DNA of 64,000 nucleotides, from assembly GCA_963733375.1 (NCBI GenBank), contig CAVTDB010000016.1, forward strand, positions 1-64,000, written 5' to 3'. Both the position numbers and the translations under genes were made by a program. The notes beneath the pieces are model-generated. The model made no database searches. It was not told the DNA's origin and saw only the letters and a program-made list of their open reading frames with translations. Source of the DNA: Nitrospirota bacterium. GTDB taxonomy: Bacteria > Nitrospirota > JACRHJ01. Shown piece after piece: positions 19,702 to 29,786 of this stretch (its first letter is position 1; every line of letters starts with the position of its first letter).

Positions 19702-20029
19702 ATGCGGGCTAAGTCATATGTTTTAATAACGTTCTTTGCCGCCCTTATGCCGGTAATGGCCTTAAGCGCGTGCGATAAACACGGCCCCTGTCGCTCCGGC
19801 AAAGCTCGAGGCTATAAAAGCGGAGCCGTCCGAAGCGGTATCCGGCAAAATAATGTCGGCCAAGAAGAAGAACGAAGAGCTGAAGATAAAGCTGAAGCGT
19901 GATAAAGACGGCGAATATGCATGGGAGATAGACGGCAGTAACGTTGCTGAAATACTTACGGCGGACAGGGCGCTTAACAGAAGACTGAAGACTGCAGGCC
20001 CGAGGGCCGGACGGTCGGGAGAGGAATGA
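19702..20029 (+). CDS. Hypothetical lipoprotein (indel near 19790)
   Basis: LSAC lipobox; second frame KIKLKRDKDGEYAWEIDGSNVAEILTADRAL ends overlapping next ATG (ATGA). Confidence 0.65.
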
Positions 20030-21066
20030 GATATTTCGATGTCATAAAGGAGGGTTTCAGGGCAGCGAACAGGAACCTGGCAGTACTGCTGACGCAGTTC
20101 CTGGCGGGGCTTATCATGCTGTTCATATTCTTCCTGCTCGCGGTGATACTCGTGTTCATGGCGCTGGGCTCCATCCCCAAACTGGGCCTTGAGACGCTTT
20201 CCGTGGACAACCTGTCGGCACTTTTGCAGACGTCCTTCACCCTCATCGGCGCCGGCGTCTTATTCGCCGTTTTATTTGCGCTCCTTGCGGCTTTTATCAC
20301 CGCATTCGTGCATTCCGGGAACCTCGGCTGCATAATCCAGACTGCGCGGAAAGAGGCCAGAGGTTTCACCGCGAAGGAGTTCTTCACCACCGGCGGCCGC
20401 TCGGTATGGGCGATGCTTGGCCTGTACATAATATGGGGGCTTATCGCCCTTTTCACGCTGTTCGTCTTTGTCGCCATTGCCGCCATCGGTTATGAGGCGG
20501 TGCTCAGCCCGCTGAAGGAGGCGGGAAAGAGTATCCTGGCCTTTACGATTGGCGTGCCCTTTATCCTCGCGCTGATACTGTCCGGTCTGTTGCTTGTGTT
20601 TTTCCTGTATGCGGGATGGGCCTTCTCCGGGATAATACTGGTCGGGGAGAGGCACGGAGCATTCTCTTCCCTTCAGGCGTCCTACCGCTTCATAAAGAAG
20701 CACTTCTGGGACGCACTTCTCTTCGCGCTCCTGATGTTCGTGCTGGTATTTTTCGCTAATATTATCTCAAACTTAGTGACGATGCCTTTCAACATCACTA
20801 AAGATACCAGCCCCGCGGCGGCCGTCGGGTTCCTGCCTCTGGTGCTTCTGGGGCTGATTCTCCAGATGTACGTAGGACTTATAGCCCGCTCTTGCTTCGT
20901 CGTCTACTACGCGGACAGGGCCGCTCTGCCCTCTGAGCCCGCCGCGCCGTTTCTCCCTGATGCCAGTCAACCGGCCTCGACCACGGTGCCGTCGGGCCCT
21001 GAAAATGTCCAGGAGACCTCCGCGCCGGACATGGAACCGCCCAGGGAAAATCCCCCCGCATCTTGA
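20026..21066 (+). CDS. Polytopic membrane protein with Pro-rich tail
   Basis: Several hydrophobic segments; low-complexity P/A/S/E C-terminus. Confidence 0.75.
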   Translation: MRYFDVIKEGFRAANRNLAVLLTQFLAGLIMLFIFFLLAVILVFMALGSIPKLGLETLSVDNLSALLQTSFTLIGAGVLFAVLFALLAAFITAFVHSGNLGCIIQTARKEARGFTAKEFFTTGGRSVWAMLGLYIIWGLIALFTLFVFVAIAAIGYEAVLSPLKEAGKSILAFTIGVPFILALILSGLLLVFFLYAGWAFSGIILVGERHGAFSSLQASYRFIKKHFWDALLFALLMFVLVFFANIISNLVTMPFNITKDTSPAAAVGFLPLVLLGLILQMYVGLIARSCFVVYYADRAALPSEPAAPFLPDASQPASTTVPSGPENVQETSAPDMEPPRENPPAS

Positions 21067-21136
21067 CCCGGAAGCTCCTTCCGCGTTAAACTTAGGTAAA
21101 CTTAATCATAATGAATTTCTGAAAAGAGGTATTTCC

Positions 21137-21781
21137 ATGAGAAAGACCATCGCAGGGACTGCCGCTGTGGTTGCCGTTATATTTCTCTTTAGCGCATGCG
21201 CCACTGAAAGGCAATCGGAATATACCGCGACCGGGACGGGCATTGGGGTGGTAACGGGAGCGGCTTTGGGCGCGATCCTCGGAAGTTTTGGCGGCCGGGC
21301 CGGAGAAGGCGCGGTAATCGGCAGCATATTCGGGGGGTTAGCGGGCGCGTCCATAGGCAACAACGAGTACCACCTCCAGCGCTCCGAGGAGCTGGCGGCA
21401 AGGCAATACAGTTATAACGAAGGGCAGGCGCGCCAGGACCTTGTACGCATTGAGGACGCATACGCAAGCCCGAAGACGGTTGTGCCGGGGGATGCGGTAA
21501 ATCTTGTTTCGACATTTACCGTGCTCACGCCGTACAGGCGCCTGGCATTGGTCCACGAGGTCCGGGAAGTGAGAAATGACGCCGGGGAAATAATCGGCAA
21601 GCCGGAGGTAACCATACGCCGGGAAGGCGGGACATGGACAAGCTCCATGCCCCTGAAAATCCCTGAAAACGCAAGGCCCGGCAGGTACAGTGTGACGACG
21701 ATAGTGGAGACTGACAGCGCCGGGGATACCCGCGATTTCGCGTTCCAGGTGGAAGAGCCGCAGGGCCAGTGGAGGAGATGA
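21137..21781 (+). CDS. Glycine-zipper lipoprotein with C-terminal beta domain
   Basis: FSAC lipobox, GTGIGVVTGAALGAILG...GAVIGSIFGGLAGASIG, IPENARPGRYSV. Confidence 0.8.
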   Translation: MRKTIAGTAAVVAVIFLFSACATERQSEYTATGTGIGVVTGAALGAILGSFGGRAGEGAVIGSIFGGLAGASIGNNEYHLQRSEELAARQYSYNEGQARQDLVRIEDAYASPKTVVPGDAVNLVSTFTVLTPYRRLALVHEVREVRNDAGEIIGKPEVTIRREGGTWTSSMPLKIPENARPGRYSVTTIVETDSAGDTRDFAFQVEEPQGQWRR

Positions 21782-22233
21782 ATACTTTACGAATAAATAA
21801 TTCTTTATTAATGCCTGCCCGGACGCGGAAACTCCGCGAGGAGGCGAAAAAGAACATATATTTTTCAATTACTTGCAAGTGTCGAAACTGGATTTTCATG
21901 CCGCTGAAAAAAGGAAAATATGCGGTGTAACGATATGTTTAATAAAGATAAAACCTTAGTCCTCCCCTTTAAAAAACTATAGCTCGTAAACCCCTCTCTA
22001 ACCCCTCATAAACCGCCCTGAGTCGTAAAAACGGCTCAAATTGATACCCGGCGAGTAATCGTCGAATAAGTCATTTATATATGAAAAAGAGATTAATTAG
22101 CGGCCAGTTCCGACGCGAAGCGGGAGGGGCTATTAAGAGCACGGGGGAAATTGGTCCCGCTGATTACGTTACAGGCCGCGGGCCAGAAAAATCGAGTCCG
22201 CATGGGCCGCGTATGGAAATTCCGGAAGCCTTC

Positions 22234-22405
22234 CTAGGCAGGCAGAACTATCTTTGAGCAGTTGCAGCCGAAGTGCGCCGGCTCTTTGGGGAACCTGTCT
22301 GCCGGGTAAACCCCCGGGCCGAGCCCGTAGAGGTCCCGTGCGCCCATCGGCCCGCACTTTGGGACAGCCTTTGCAACGTTCGCTGACCAGCCATTTCATG
22401 GACAT
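22234..22405 (-). CDS. Solo phage MuF/minor-head-like Cys/His mini-protein, 56 aa after removing one base
   Basis: MSMKWLVSERCKGCPKCGPMGARDLYGLGPGVYPADRFPKEPAHFGCNCSKIVLPA; GGGAGGA RBS. Confidence 0.6.
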
Positions 22406-22440
22406 CGCGTCCTCCCATATAAAAGGTTCTTTATATTAAA

Positions 22441-22470
22441 AGTATAACTGATAACATCCCGGCCTGGCAA
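22441..22470 (-). promoter_or_regulatory. Putative promoter of the MuF-like mini-gene
   Basis: TTGCCA-18 nt-TATACT on the minus strand. Confidence 0.45.
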
Positions 22471-22564
22471 GATGCCGATGGGAAAGATTACGAAGAAATC
22501 GTTGTGATATAATTTTATAAGATACTAAAATTCAAGCAAAAAAGGTCTTAGCCGGAGGAAAGAC

Positions 22565-23639
22565 ATGCTGACTAAAATATTGATTGGAACACTGTTTCTT
22601 CTGCCTCTTATGGTTACGGGGGCCGATGCGGCAGGCGGCCCGCGCCTTGAGACGGCCATCTTCGCGGGCGGATGTTTCTGGTGCATGACGCCGCCTTTCG
22701 AGAAGACCCCCGGGGTCATCAAGGTTGTATCAGGATACACCGGCGGGCATACGAAGAACCCGACCTATGAGAATTACGCCGAAGGGGGTCACGTCGAGGT
22801 GGTCGAGATAACCTACGACCCGGCCAAAATAAGCTACTCAAAGCTTCTCGATGTCTTCTGGAGGCAGATAGACCCGACCGACGGCGGCGGCCAGTTCGTG
22901 GACCGCGGGCCGCAGTACCGTTCGGCTATATTTTATCTGAACGACGAACAGAAGAAGCTTGCCGAGAAGTCCAAGGCGGAACTGGCGGCGTCGGGTAAGT
23001 TTAAAAAGCCCATCGTGACGGAGATAATAAAGGCCTCGGCATTTTATCCCGCGGAGGAGTACCACCAGGACTACTGGAAGAAAAACCCGGTACGGTACAA
23101 GTATTACAGATGGAACTCAGGCCGCGACCAGTATCTGGAGAAGGTATGGGGAAAGGATGCGGCGATGCACACCAGTAACGCCGGGAGCGCGAAGGCTGAG
23201 GTCGCGTATGTTAAGCCGTCCAGGGAAGAGTTGAAAAAAAGGCTGACTCCCATGCAGTATGAGGTAACCCAGGAAAATGGCACTGAGCCAGCGTTTGGAA
23301 ACGAATACTGGAACAATAAGAGGCCCGGCATTTACGTCGATATCGTATCCGGCGAGCCCCTGTTCAGTTCGCTGGACAAGTTCGATTCCGGCACCGGATG
23401 GCCGAGCTTCACGAAACCCCTTGAACCCGGCAACATCGTGGAGAAAAAGGAGGGCTTCTTAAGGACCAGCGACGGAGGTAAGGAGCAAACACGCGGACTC
23501 GCATCTCGGCGATTTGTTCCATGACGGCCCCCCGCCAACGGGCCTGCGCTATTGCCTGGACTCGGCGGCGCTCAGGTTCATCCCGAAAGAGGACCTCGTA
23601 AAGGATGGGTACGGGAAGTATCTGAAGCTCTTCGAGTGA
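22565..23639 (+). CDS. msrAB: Exported bifunctional methionine sulfoxide reductase MsrA/MsrB (indels near 23460-23520)
   Basis: Signal peptide, [55 protein letters not shown]. Confidence 0.93.
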
Positions 23640-23646
23640 AATAGGT

Positions 23647-24369
23647 ATGAGCGCACCTGAGAAAAAGGGGTTGATAATCAGGCTGGCCGCGGCGGCCATA
23701 GTCGTCGCCCTGCTTGTAGCGGGCTCGAAATACCTCCACTTCCGGGAACTGCTGACTGGCGCTCTTCAGTGGGTCTCCGGCCTGGGTATGTGGGGGCCGG
23801 TAATATTCATAATCATTTATATCGCCGCCTGCATTCTGTTTTTCCCCGCCGCGATCCTGACACTTGGGGCGGGCGCCATCTTCGGCGTGGTCGAGGGCTC
23901 TGTCATAGTGTCCATATCGGCCACGCTTGGCGCGACTGCCGCGTTCCTTGTGGGGCGGTACCTGGCCCGGGACTGGGTTGCCAGGAAGATAGAGGGAAAC
24001 CGGAAGTTTCAGTCGATAGACGAGGCGGTAGCCAGAGAGGGCTGGAAGATAGTCGGTCTGACGCGCCTGTCGCCCGTATTTCCGTTCGTCCTCCTTAACT
24101 ATGCATACGGGCTTACGAAGGTATCTCTCCGGGACTATTTCTTCGCGTCATGGATAGGGATGATGCCCGCGACGGTCATGTATGTCTATATCGGCTCGCT
24201 CGCGGGAGACCTTGCAAAGCTCGGCGCCGGGGGACGCGCCAGGACGGCCGGTGAATGGATACTTTACGGCGTCGGGTTCCTCGCCACGGTTGCCGTGACC
24301 GTTTTCGTGACCCGTATCGCACGCAGGGCGCTTGCGGCATATTCGACGGGCGCCAAGCCTGCTCCGTGA
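23647..24369 (+). CDS. TVP38/TMEM64 (VTT/DedA superfamily) membrane protein
   Basis: GATAAFLVGRY, LTRLSPVFPF.LLNYAYGLT, ASWIGMMP. Confidence 0.92.
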   Translation: MSAPEKKGLIIRLAAAAIVVALLVAGSKYLHFRELLTGALQWVSGLGMWGPVIFIIIYIAACILFFPAAILTLGAGAIFGVVEGSVIVSISATLGATAAFLVGRYLARDWVARKIEGNRKFQSIDEAVAREGWKIVGLTRLSPVFPFVLLNYAYGLTKVSLRDYFFASWIGMMPATVMYVYIGSLAGDLAKLGAGGRARTAGEWILYGVGFLATVAVTVFVTRIARRALAAYSTGAKPAP

Positions 24370-24476
24370 GGCCGGCGGGGATTACAATTTCTCTCTTCCT
24401 GTTGCATTAATTTCCCTACAGTGCTATGATTTTGAACCGTCTTTTTTGAACTTGGCAACAGGAAAGAGAAATAAGA

Positions 24477-26822
24477 ATGACAATAAGAAAGATAAAGATA
24501 ATAGTATTCGTAGTTATAGCCCTGATCGCCATTACCGGCGGGGCAAGCTATGCGGTGATAAATACCGTAAAACACGACCTGCCCCAGATAAGCTCGCTGA
24601 AGAACTATAAATCCCCCATCGGCACGCAGGTGTTCTCCGAAGACGACCACCTGATTGGCCGGATAAAAGTTGACAGGGGGATATTCGTGCCGCTTTCGCA
24701 GATGCCGGACAGCCTTAAGAGGGCCGTGGTGGCTATCGAGGACGCCCGGTTCTATGAGCACGGCGGTCTGGACTTCCAGGGCATCGCGCGCGCGATGGTG
24801 AAGGACGTCATCTCTTTAAGCTTCAAGGAGGGCGGGAGCACCATCACGCAGCAGCTCGCCAAGGTTTATTTCCTGACGCCGGAAAAGAGCGTCAGCCGAA
24901 AGCTCAAGGAGATGATGCTCGCCCGGAAAATCGAGAAGAGCCTGACGAAGGACGAGATACTGGAGCTGTATTTAAACAAGATATATTTCGGCCACGGCGC
25001 TTACGGCGTCGAGATGGCGGCACGGACGTTTTTCGGAAAGCACGTAGGCGACCTGAGCCTTGCCGAATCCGCCATGATAGCGGGCCTTATCCGCTCCCCC
25101 CAGGGCTATTCGCCCTACAACGATATGGGAGTGGCGAAGAAACGCCAGGAGCTGGTGCTGACGAGGATGGCCGAGGAACGGCTTATCTCCCGCGGACAGG
25201 CGAGCGTGGCGATGGCCCAGCCGCTTGTCCTGAAGAACCTCCGGGCGAACGAGGAGGTCGCGCCGTACCTGGTCGAGCAGATAAGGATATATCTGGAGAA
25301 GAAATACGGGGCCGACAAGGTTTATGTGGAAGGTCTGACCGTAAAGACAGCGATCGATTACCGCATGCAGGTCGCGGCAAACCGGGCCGTGGAGTCGGGA
25401 GTGCGGGACCTGGAAAAACGCGAGGGCTGGCGCGGGCCTGTCGCTAAGAAAGACCTGAACGAAGTCGAGAAGCTTCTGGAAACAAAGCAGGGGAAAGCAG
25501 CCTCCTTTCAGCCGGGCGAGGTCGTGGCGGCAACCGTGTTAAAGGTTGAGGACAAGGGCGCGGTGATATTTACGCGCAGCGGCAAAGGGTACCTTTCGTG
25601 GGCGGACATGAAATGGGCCGCCGGCAGAGACAAAAAAAAGAAGAAGCCTTCGGATATACTTCAGCCGGGTTACGTTATCGAGGTTAAACCCAAAGGGTTC
25701 GATAAGACGAAGCGCCTCGCGTTTACGCTGGAACAGGAACCGGTCTGTCAGGCCGCGCTGGTCGCCATCGACCCCTGGGAGGGGAAGGTTAAGGCTTTGG
25801 TCGGCGGGGTGGATTTCCAGAGGAGCGAGTATAACCATGCCACGATGGCCCACAGGCAGCCGGGTTCGGCTTTCAAGCCGCTTGTCTATGCCGTCGCGAT
25901 GGAAAACGGCTTTACCCCGGCGAGCATCATAAACGACGAGCCCCGCAGTTACGACAACGACACCTGGAAGCCCGCAAACTACGACAGGGAATATTACGGG
26001 CCTACCCGTCTGCGCGACGCGCTGGTTTACTCCAGGAACGTCGTTACGATAGAGCTTCTCCATGAGGTCGGCGTACAGAAGGTCATCGACCTGGCGACAA
26101 AGCTCGGGATGACTGGGCCGTTCGCCCGGAACCTCACCCTCGCGTTGGGCTCCGGAAGCGTCACACCTCTTGAGCTGACCACGGCCTATTGCTCATTCGC
26201 CAATGGCGGCTACGACATAAGCCCGGTTACTATCCTGCGTGTATCCGACAGAAACGGCCATGTGCTGGAGGAACACGAATCGACGCACGATCAGGTCCTG
26301 TCCTCCGAGACGACTTATCAGGTTACCAGCATGCTTCAAGATGCGGTGCAGCGCGGGACGGGCACGCTGGCTTCGTCGCTCGGCAGGCCGGTGGCCGGGA
26401 AGACCGGGACGACCAACGATTACAAGGATGCATGGTTCGTCGGATACACCCCCAACCTCGTAGCCGGGGTATGGGTGGGCCATGACGACGACAAGGGCCT
26501 GGGGCACGGCGAATCGGGCGCAAGGGCCGCGCTTCCCATATGGGTCCGGTTCATGGCCCCGGCGGTGGCGGCATATCCGCCTGATAACTTCACCATCCCG
26601 GACGGCATCGATTTCGTGGAGATAGACGCCGCCACGGGGCTTTTACCTACCGGCGCCAGCGAGAAGGTGATAAGCGAGGTATTCAAAAAAGGTACGGCTC
26701 CCACGCAGTACGTTTCCGCAATGCCCGAGGCGCAGCCGGTATCCTCTTCGCCGCCCCCTACTCCCACGAAGGCGGTCATAGACCAGGAAAAGCAGATGAA
26801 GCTCCTGCAGGACGTGGATTAA
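24477..26822 (+). CDS. mrcA: Class A penicillin-binding protein 1A
   Basis: EDARFYEH, GGSTITQQL, RKLKE, LYLN; SAFK, SRN, KTGT transpeptidase motifs. Confidence 0.95.
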   Translation: MTIRKIKIIVFVVIALIAITGGASYAVINTVKHDLPQISSLKNYKSPIGTQVFSEDDHLIGRIKVDRGIFVPLSQMPDSLKRAVVAIEDARFYEHGGLDFQGIARAMVKDVISLSFKEGGSTITQQLAKVYFLTPEKSVSRKLKEMMLARKIEKSLTKDEILELYLNKIYFGHGAYGVEMAARTFFGKHVGDLSLAESAMIAGLIRSPQGYSPYNDMGVAKKRQELVLTRMAEERLISRGQASVAMAQPLVLKNLRANEEVAPYLVEQIRIYLEKKYGADKVYVEGLTVKTAIDYRMQVAANRAVESGVRDLEKREGWRGPVAKKDLNEVEKLLETKQGKAASFQPGEVVAATVLKVEDKGAVIFTRSGKGYLSWADMKWAAGRDKKKKKPSDILQPGYVIEVKPKGFDKTKRLAFTLEQEPVCQAALVAIDPWEGKVKALVGGVDFQRSEYNHATMAHRQPGSAFKPLVYAVAMENGFTPASIINDEPRSYDNDTWKPANYDREYYGPTRLRDALVYSRNVVTIELLHEVGVQKVIDLATKLGMTGPFARNLTLALGSGSVTPLELTTAYCSFANGGYDISPVTILRVSDRNGHVLEEHESTHDQVLSSETTYQVTSMLQDAVQRGTGTLASSLGRPVAGKTGTTNDYKDAWFVGYTPNLVAGVWVGHDDDKGLGHGESGARAALPIWVRFMAPAVAAYPPDNFTIPDGIDFVEIDAATGLLPTGASEKVISEVFKKGTAPTQYVSAMPEAQPVSSSPPPTPTKAVIDQEKQMKLLQDVD

Positions 26823-26851
26823 AAAGAGGGGCATTCTCGAAATCACAAAAG

Positions 26852-26881
26852 AAAGGCCGGCGATTCCTCGCCGGCCTTTTT
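26852..26881. terminator. Bidirectional intrinsic terminator
   Basis: AAAGGCCGGCGA-ttcc-TCGCCGGCCTTT between convergent genes. Confidence 0.85.
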
Positions 26882-26907
26882 AATTATGATTGTAGCGCCA
26901 CTATCCC

Positions 26908-28335
26908 TTATTGCGGCTCGCGATACCCCTGGCGTGCCGGGGGCGTCACGCCCTGCGAGGGATAGGGCGTTACTTTAGTTCTCCGTCGCGTTCCAAGTCC
27001 CCGTTTCGGGTTGCGTGCCGGTGGAAACGTATGCGCCGGACATGATGGCCCCGCTCGTGCCGAAGGGCCGGATGTTTCGGAGCCCGTTATGTTTGTTGTG
27101 GTTCCGCCGTCGTCGGTAAAGCTCAAGCTGAAGCTGCCGTGCTGCCGGTGCTGCTGATGGTGCCCGCAATCGCTCCTCCGGTATCTTCATTCACTCCCAA
27201 AACGGTAGTGCCGAACTGCTCCAAAAGGAAGGTGTGCGTGCCTGCCTGGTCTCCGGATGATGAACCAGCCGAAGGCGTACTGGTAATGACCCAACTGCCT
27301 GTAATCCCTGCGGCGCTTTTCGCCGCGCCCCAGGTTCCCGCTGAGCCTAATGAACTCTTGTACGTGCCGGACAGCGTCCCGTCCGCGTTCAACGTGCCTG
27401 TTAAGGTAGTTGTTTCACCGTTACTGCTATCGGTAAATTGCAGGGTAACGACATTGCCGACGACCGAGCCTGTCACGATTGGGGGCCTTTATCCCCTCCA
27501 TCAACTAATTCCCGTCAGGGAGGTTCCGTTTTGCACCAGATTCAGGGTCATGGGTCATTTTCTGAGTAAGTCGCTCTTTACGATGTATACCGTTCCAGGT
27601 GCCGTTGACGTTGGCCGTCCCAGCGGGGACGGGAACAGTGCCCCGGTCCGATTTTAAACGGAGTGGCCCCGAGCGTTACGTTCACAACCACCGGCTGCGG
27701 CGTAGTGCCATTCTGGAGACCGGTATTCGGGTCGAAAACTCGGACCGTTGACGCCGGCAATGATAATGGTAAAGGTGGCGGTCCCCGACGTGGGATTAGG
27801 CCGCCATCGGTAACAAACCCGCCAAGGGCGACATTCATTTTGTAGGAGCCGGTGAAGCTCAGGTTCTGAACGGGGTCGGGGTTGCCATTGCTGTCTGTGC
27901 CGTTGTCCATAAGGGTTAACGTGCCGTTGACGGTTCCGCTGCCCATCGCGGCCGATGGCTTATTATCGGCGCTAAGCACCAGGCCGCTTAAGTTCATGGA
28001 ACACATTGCTTATGGTGGTGGTTTTGCCTGAGTTGCCGTCAGAGAAGACGCGCCGCCCGCGAAGGAAACCTGGGCTTTAAAGTGCTGCATTTTGCGGGCT
28101 GCCGCCGTCGGAATTATCCACGGAGGACACGTTAAAAAATAAAGCGCCTTTCGTAAAGGCAAAGTTTTGCACCGTCATGACGGAGGACGGGTTATTACCG
28201 GATGACGTAATCGATGGAGTTGGCCTGAAGCGTAAGCGTCGGTACGACTCCCGCGCCTGTTGTTACGCGAGCCAAGGATATGGCGGGTATTGCCAAAAAC
28301 GCGGTAAGAATAAATAAAATCAAAAATCTCTTCAT
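26908..28335 (-). CDS. Secreted Thr/Gly/Ser-rich beta-strand protein, broken by many indels
   Basis: AAGGAG RBS, signal peptide MKRFLILFILTAFLAIPAISLA; fragments 27578-28006, 27123-27476, 26908-27190 share composition and repeated SG.Y....GTW.A motif; 3' end uncertain. Confidence 0.6.
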
Positions 28336-28414
28336 TTAGAACTCTCCTTTCAACATAATGCTATGAATGCAGTCAATGAGACATAAAATTCCGATAAATA
28401 TTCCCTGCACCTCC

Positions 28415-28446
28415 TTTCTGTCTTCGCTATCGCTCTGGACAGGTAA
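28415..28446. repeat. Dispersed palindromic repeat TTCTGTCTTCGCTATCGCTCTGGACAGGTAA
   Basis: Identical to the two tandem copies at 42404-42474; CTGTC/GACAG stem. Confidence 0.9.
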
Positions 28447-28507
28447 ATCGATTTCTCTGCCGCCTTGAAATATCTCAATTGTCCTGGCGCCTGGTCGAAT
28501 AGATGAA

Positions 28508-28972
28508 TCAGGTCCGAGTCCGAGTATCGAAATAATCGGAGAATACCTTGTCCATCTGCTTGTCCATCTCCGCCTGCGCCTTCTCGTCGGCCTGCCAGTA
28601 TTTGTCAAAGAAGTCGTTGAATTTATGGTCTTTTTCTACCTGGGCCGGGGAGTTTTCCTCGGGCGGCTGCGCGTTCATAGAGGCTGATCGGGCGGTCCGG
28701 AGGGGCTGGTCTTTCCCCTTGTCCTGTAGAAAATTGGAGCTGCCGTCTCCGCCGGTTATGGATTTAACCTTCGACAGGTCGAAAGATACTTCGCCCAGGT
28801 GGTATTTCAAATAAATCCGGCCGCCTTTGACGCGGCACGAATCGGCGTTTATAGTGTTCCCGTTTTTCAGGGTTACGACGCAGGATTTTTCCTGTCCGAA
28901 TGCGGAGGGCACTAAAAAAAACAGGGAAAAAAGTACCGGCAATACAAATTTCAACATGACAAATTTAACCAC
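28508..28972 (-). CDS. Secreted hypothetical protein (paralog B)
   Basis: Signal peptide ending AFG; VVTLKNGNTINADSCRVKGGRIYLKYHLGEV. Confidence 0.7.
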   Translation of the reverse strand: MVKFVMLKFVLPVLFSLFFLVPSAFGQEKSCVVTLKNGNTINADSCRVKGGRIYLKYHLGEVSFDLSKVKSITGGDGSSNFLQDKGKDQPLRTARSASMNAQPPEENSPAQVEKDHKFNDFFDKYWQADEKAQAEMDKQMDKVFSDYFDTRTRT

Positions 28973-29023
28973 GGATTAAGAATGATTCGTGTTTGGAGTA
29001 ATATAACCGCTCCTGTGAAATAG

Positions 29024-29486
29024 TCAAGAACAAATATCAACGCATCTCATTTTACTTTCATCACCTGTCTGCCTCTTTCCGTTTGCCTCCGCCTCCGCCA
29101 GCTTCTCAATCAGCCTGGCATTTTCCTTCTCTTTCTCATCCGCATTCCATATCTCCACCGGCTCGCCGTAAGCCGCCATCGCCCCGGCTGATTTATCCGG
29201 CCCTTTTACGGCCATAAGATGCCCAAATTCTGCCTGCCCCTTAGTCTGGAAAAGCCCCTCCATTGGCGAAGGCCCCGATATTAGAATCCTTTTTACCGAA
29301 CCGAGCTCTATCTCCGCCTTGCCCAGCGGATAGCGCAGGACCAGCTTTTCCCCTTCGACAATGCAGGAGTTCGCCTCGATGCAGTTCCCGTTTTTCAGCT
29401 CTATTATAAAGGCGTTCCCGGCGTAAGCTTCGCCCGCGAAAAAAAGCAGCAGACCCCAGGGCCAATAAAACCGTTTTGCCGGACAT
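29024..29486 (-). CDS. Secreted hypothetical protein (paralog A, indel near 29458)
   Basis: GGAGGAG RBS, MSGKTVLLALG+LLLFFAGEAYA signal; IIELKNGNCIEANSCIVEGEKLVLRYPLGKA. Confidence 0.7.
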
Positions 29487-29506
29487 AACTCCTCCAGCGG
29501 TAAACC

Positions 29507-29603
29507 GTTACCTTTTTGGGAAAAAGGTAACACCAAAAACTTTTGGGCTTTAAACAGTCCAGCTTTCTTTTGTGTTACTTTTCTTTCACGAAAGAAAAGT
29601 AAC
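29507..29603. repeat. Pair of GTTAC...GTAAC perfect hairpins (REP-like)
   Basis: GTTACCTTTTT-ggg-AAAAAGGTAAC (29507-29531) and GTTACTTTTCTTT-cacg-AAAGAAAAGTAAC (29574-29603). Confidence 0.8.
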
Positions 29604-29786
29604 GGTTTGGCGAGGCTTATTGCTTAAAAAAGGGGGGTTAATTTATATTTATACTTATTTAATTATTATAACAGCCCCAGTCCCCGAGTCAAATTAGTCT
29701 TGACCAGGAAAACCGATTATGTTAAAAAACCAAAACCGTTAGAGTCAAAACGTACAAGTAGTGAATTTTCCTTATGGAGGGTAAAG

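Noticed and set aside
22095-22235. c-di-GMP or other riboswitch in the intergenic region
   Set aside because: I could not match the conserved core by eye and no gene lies downstream in the right orientation; needs a covariance search
21782-29603. Prophage or genomic island around the MuF-like gene
   Set aside because: No integrase, terminase, portal or att repeats; neighbours are msrAB, a DedA-family gene and PBP1A
29700-29728. dif/Xer site (TTATGTTAAA); similar partial matches near 28345-28375 and 44000-44027
   Set aside because: Only one arm resembles the consensus; sites are better explained as AT-rich promoter sequence
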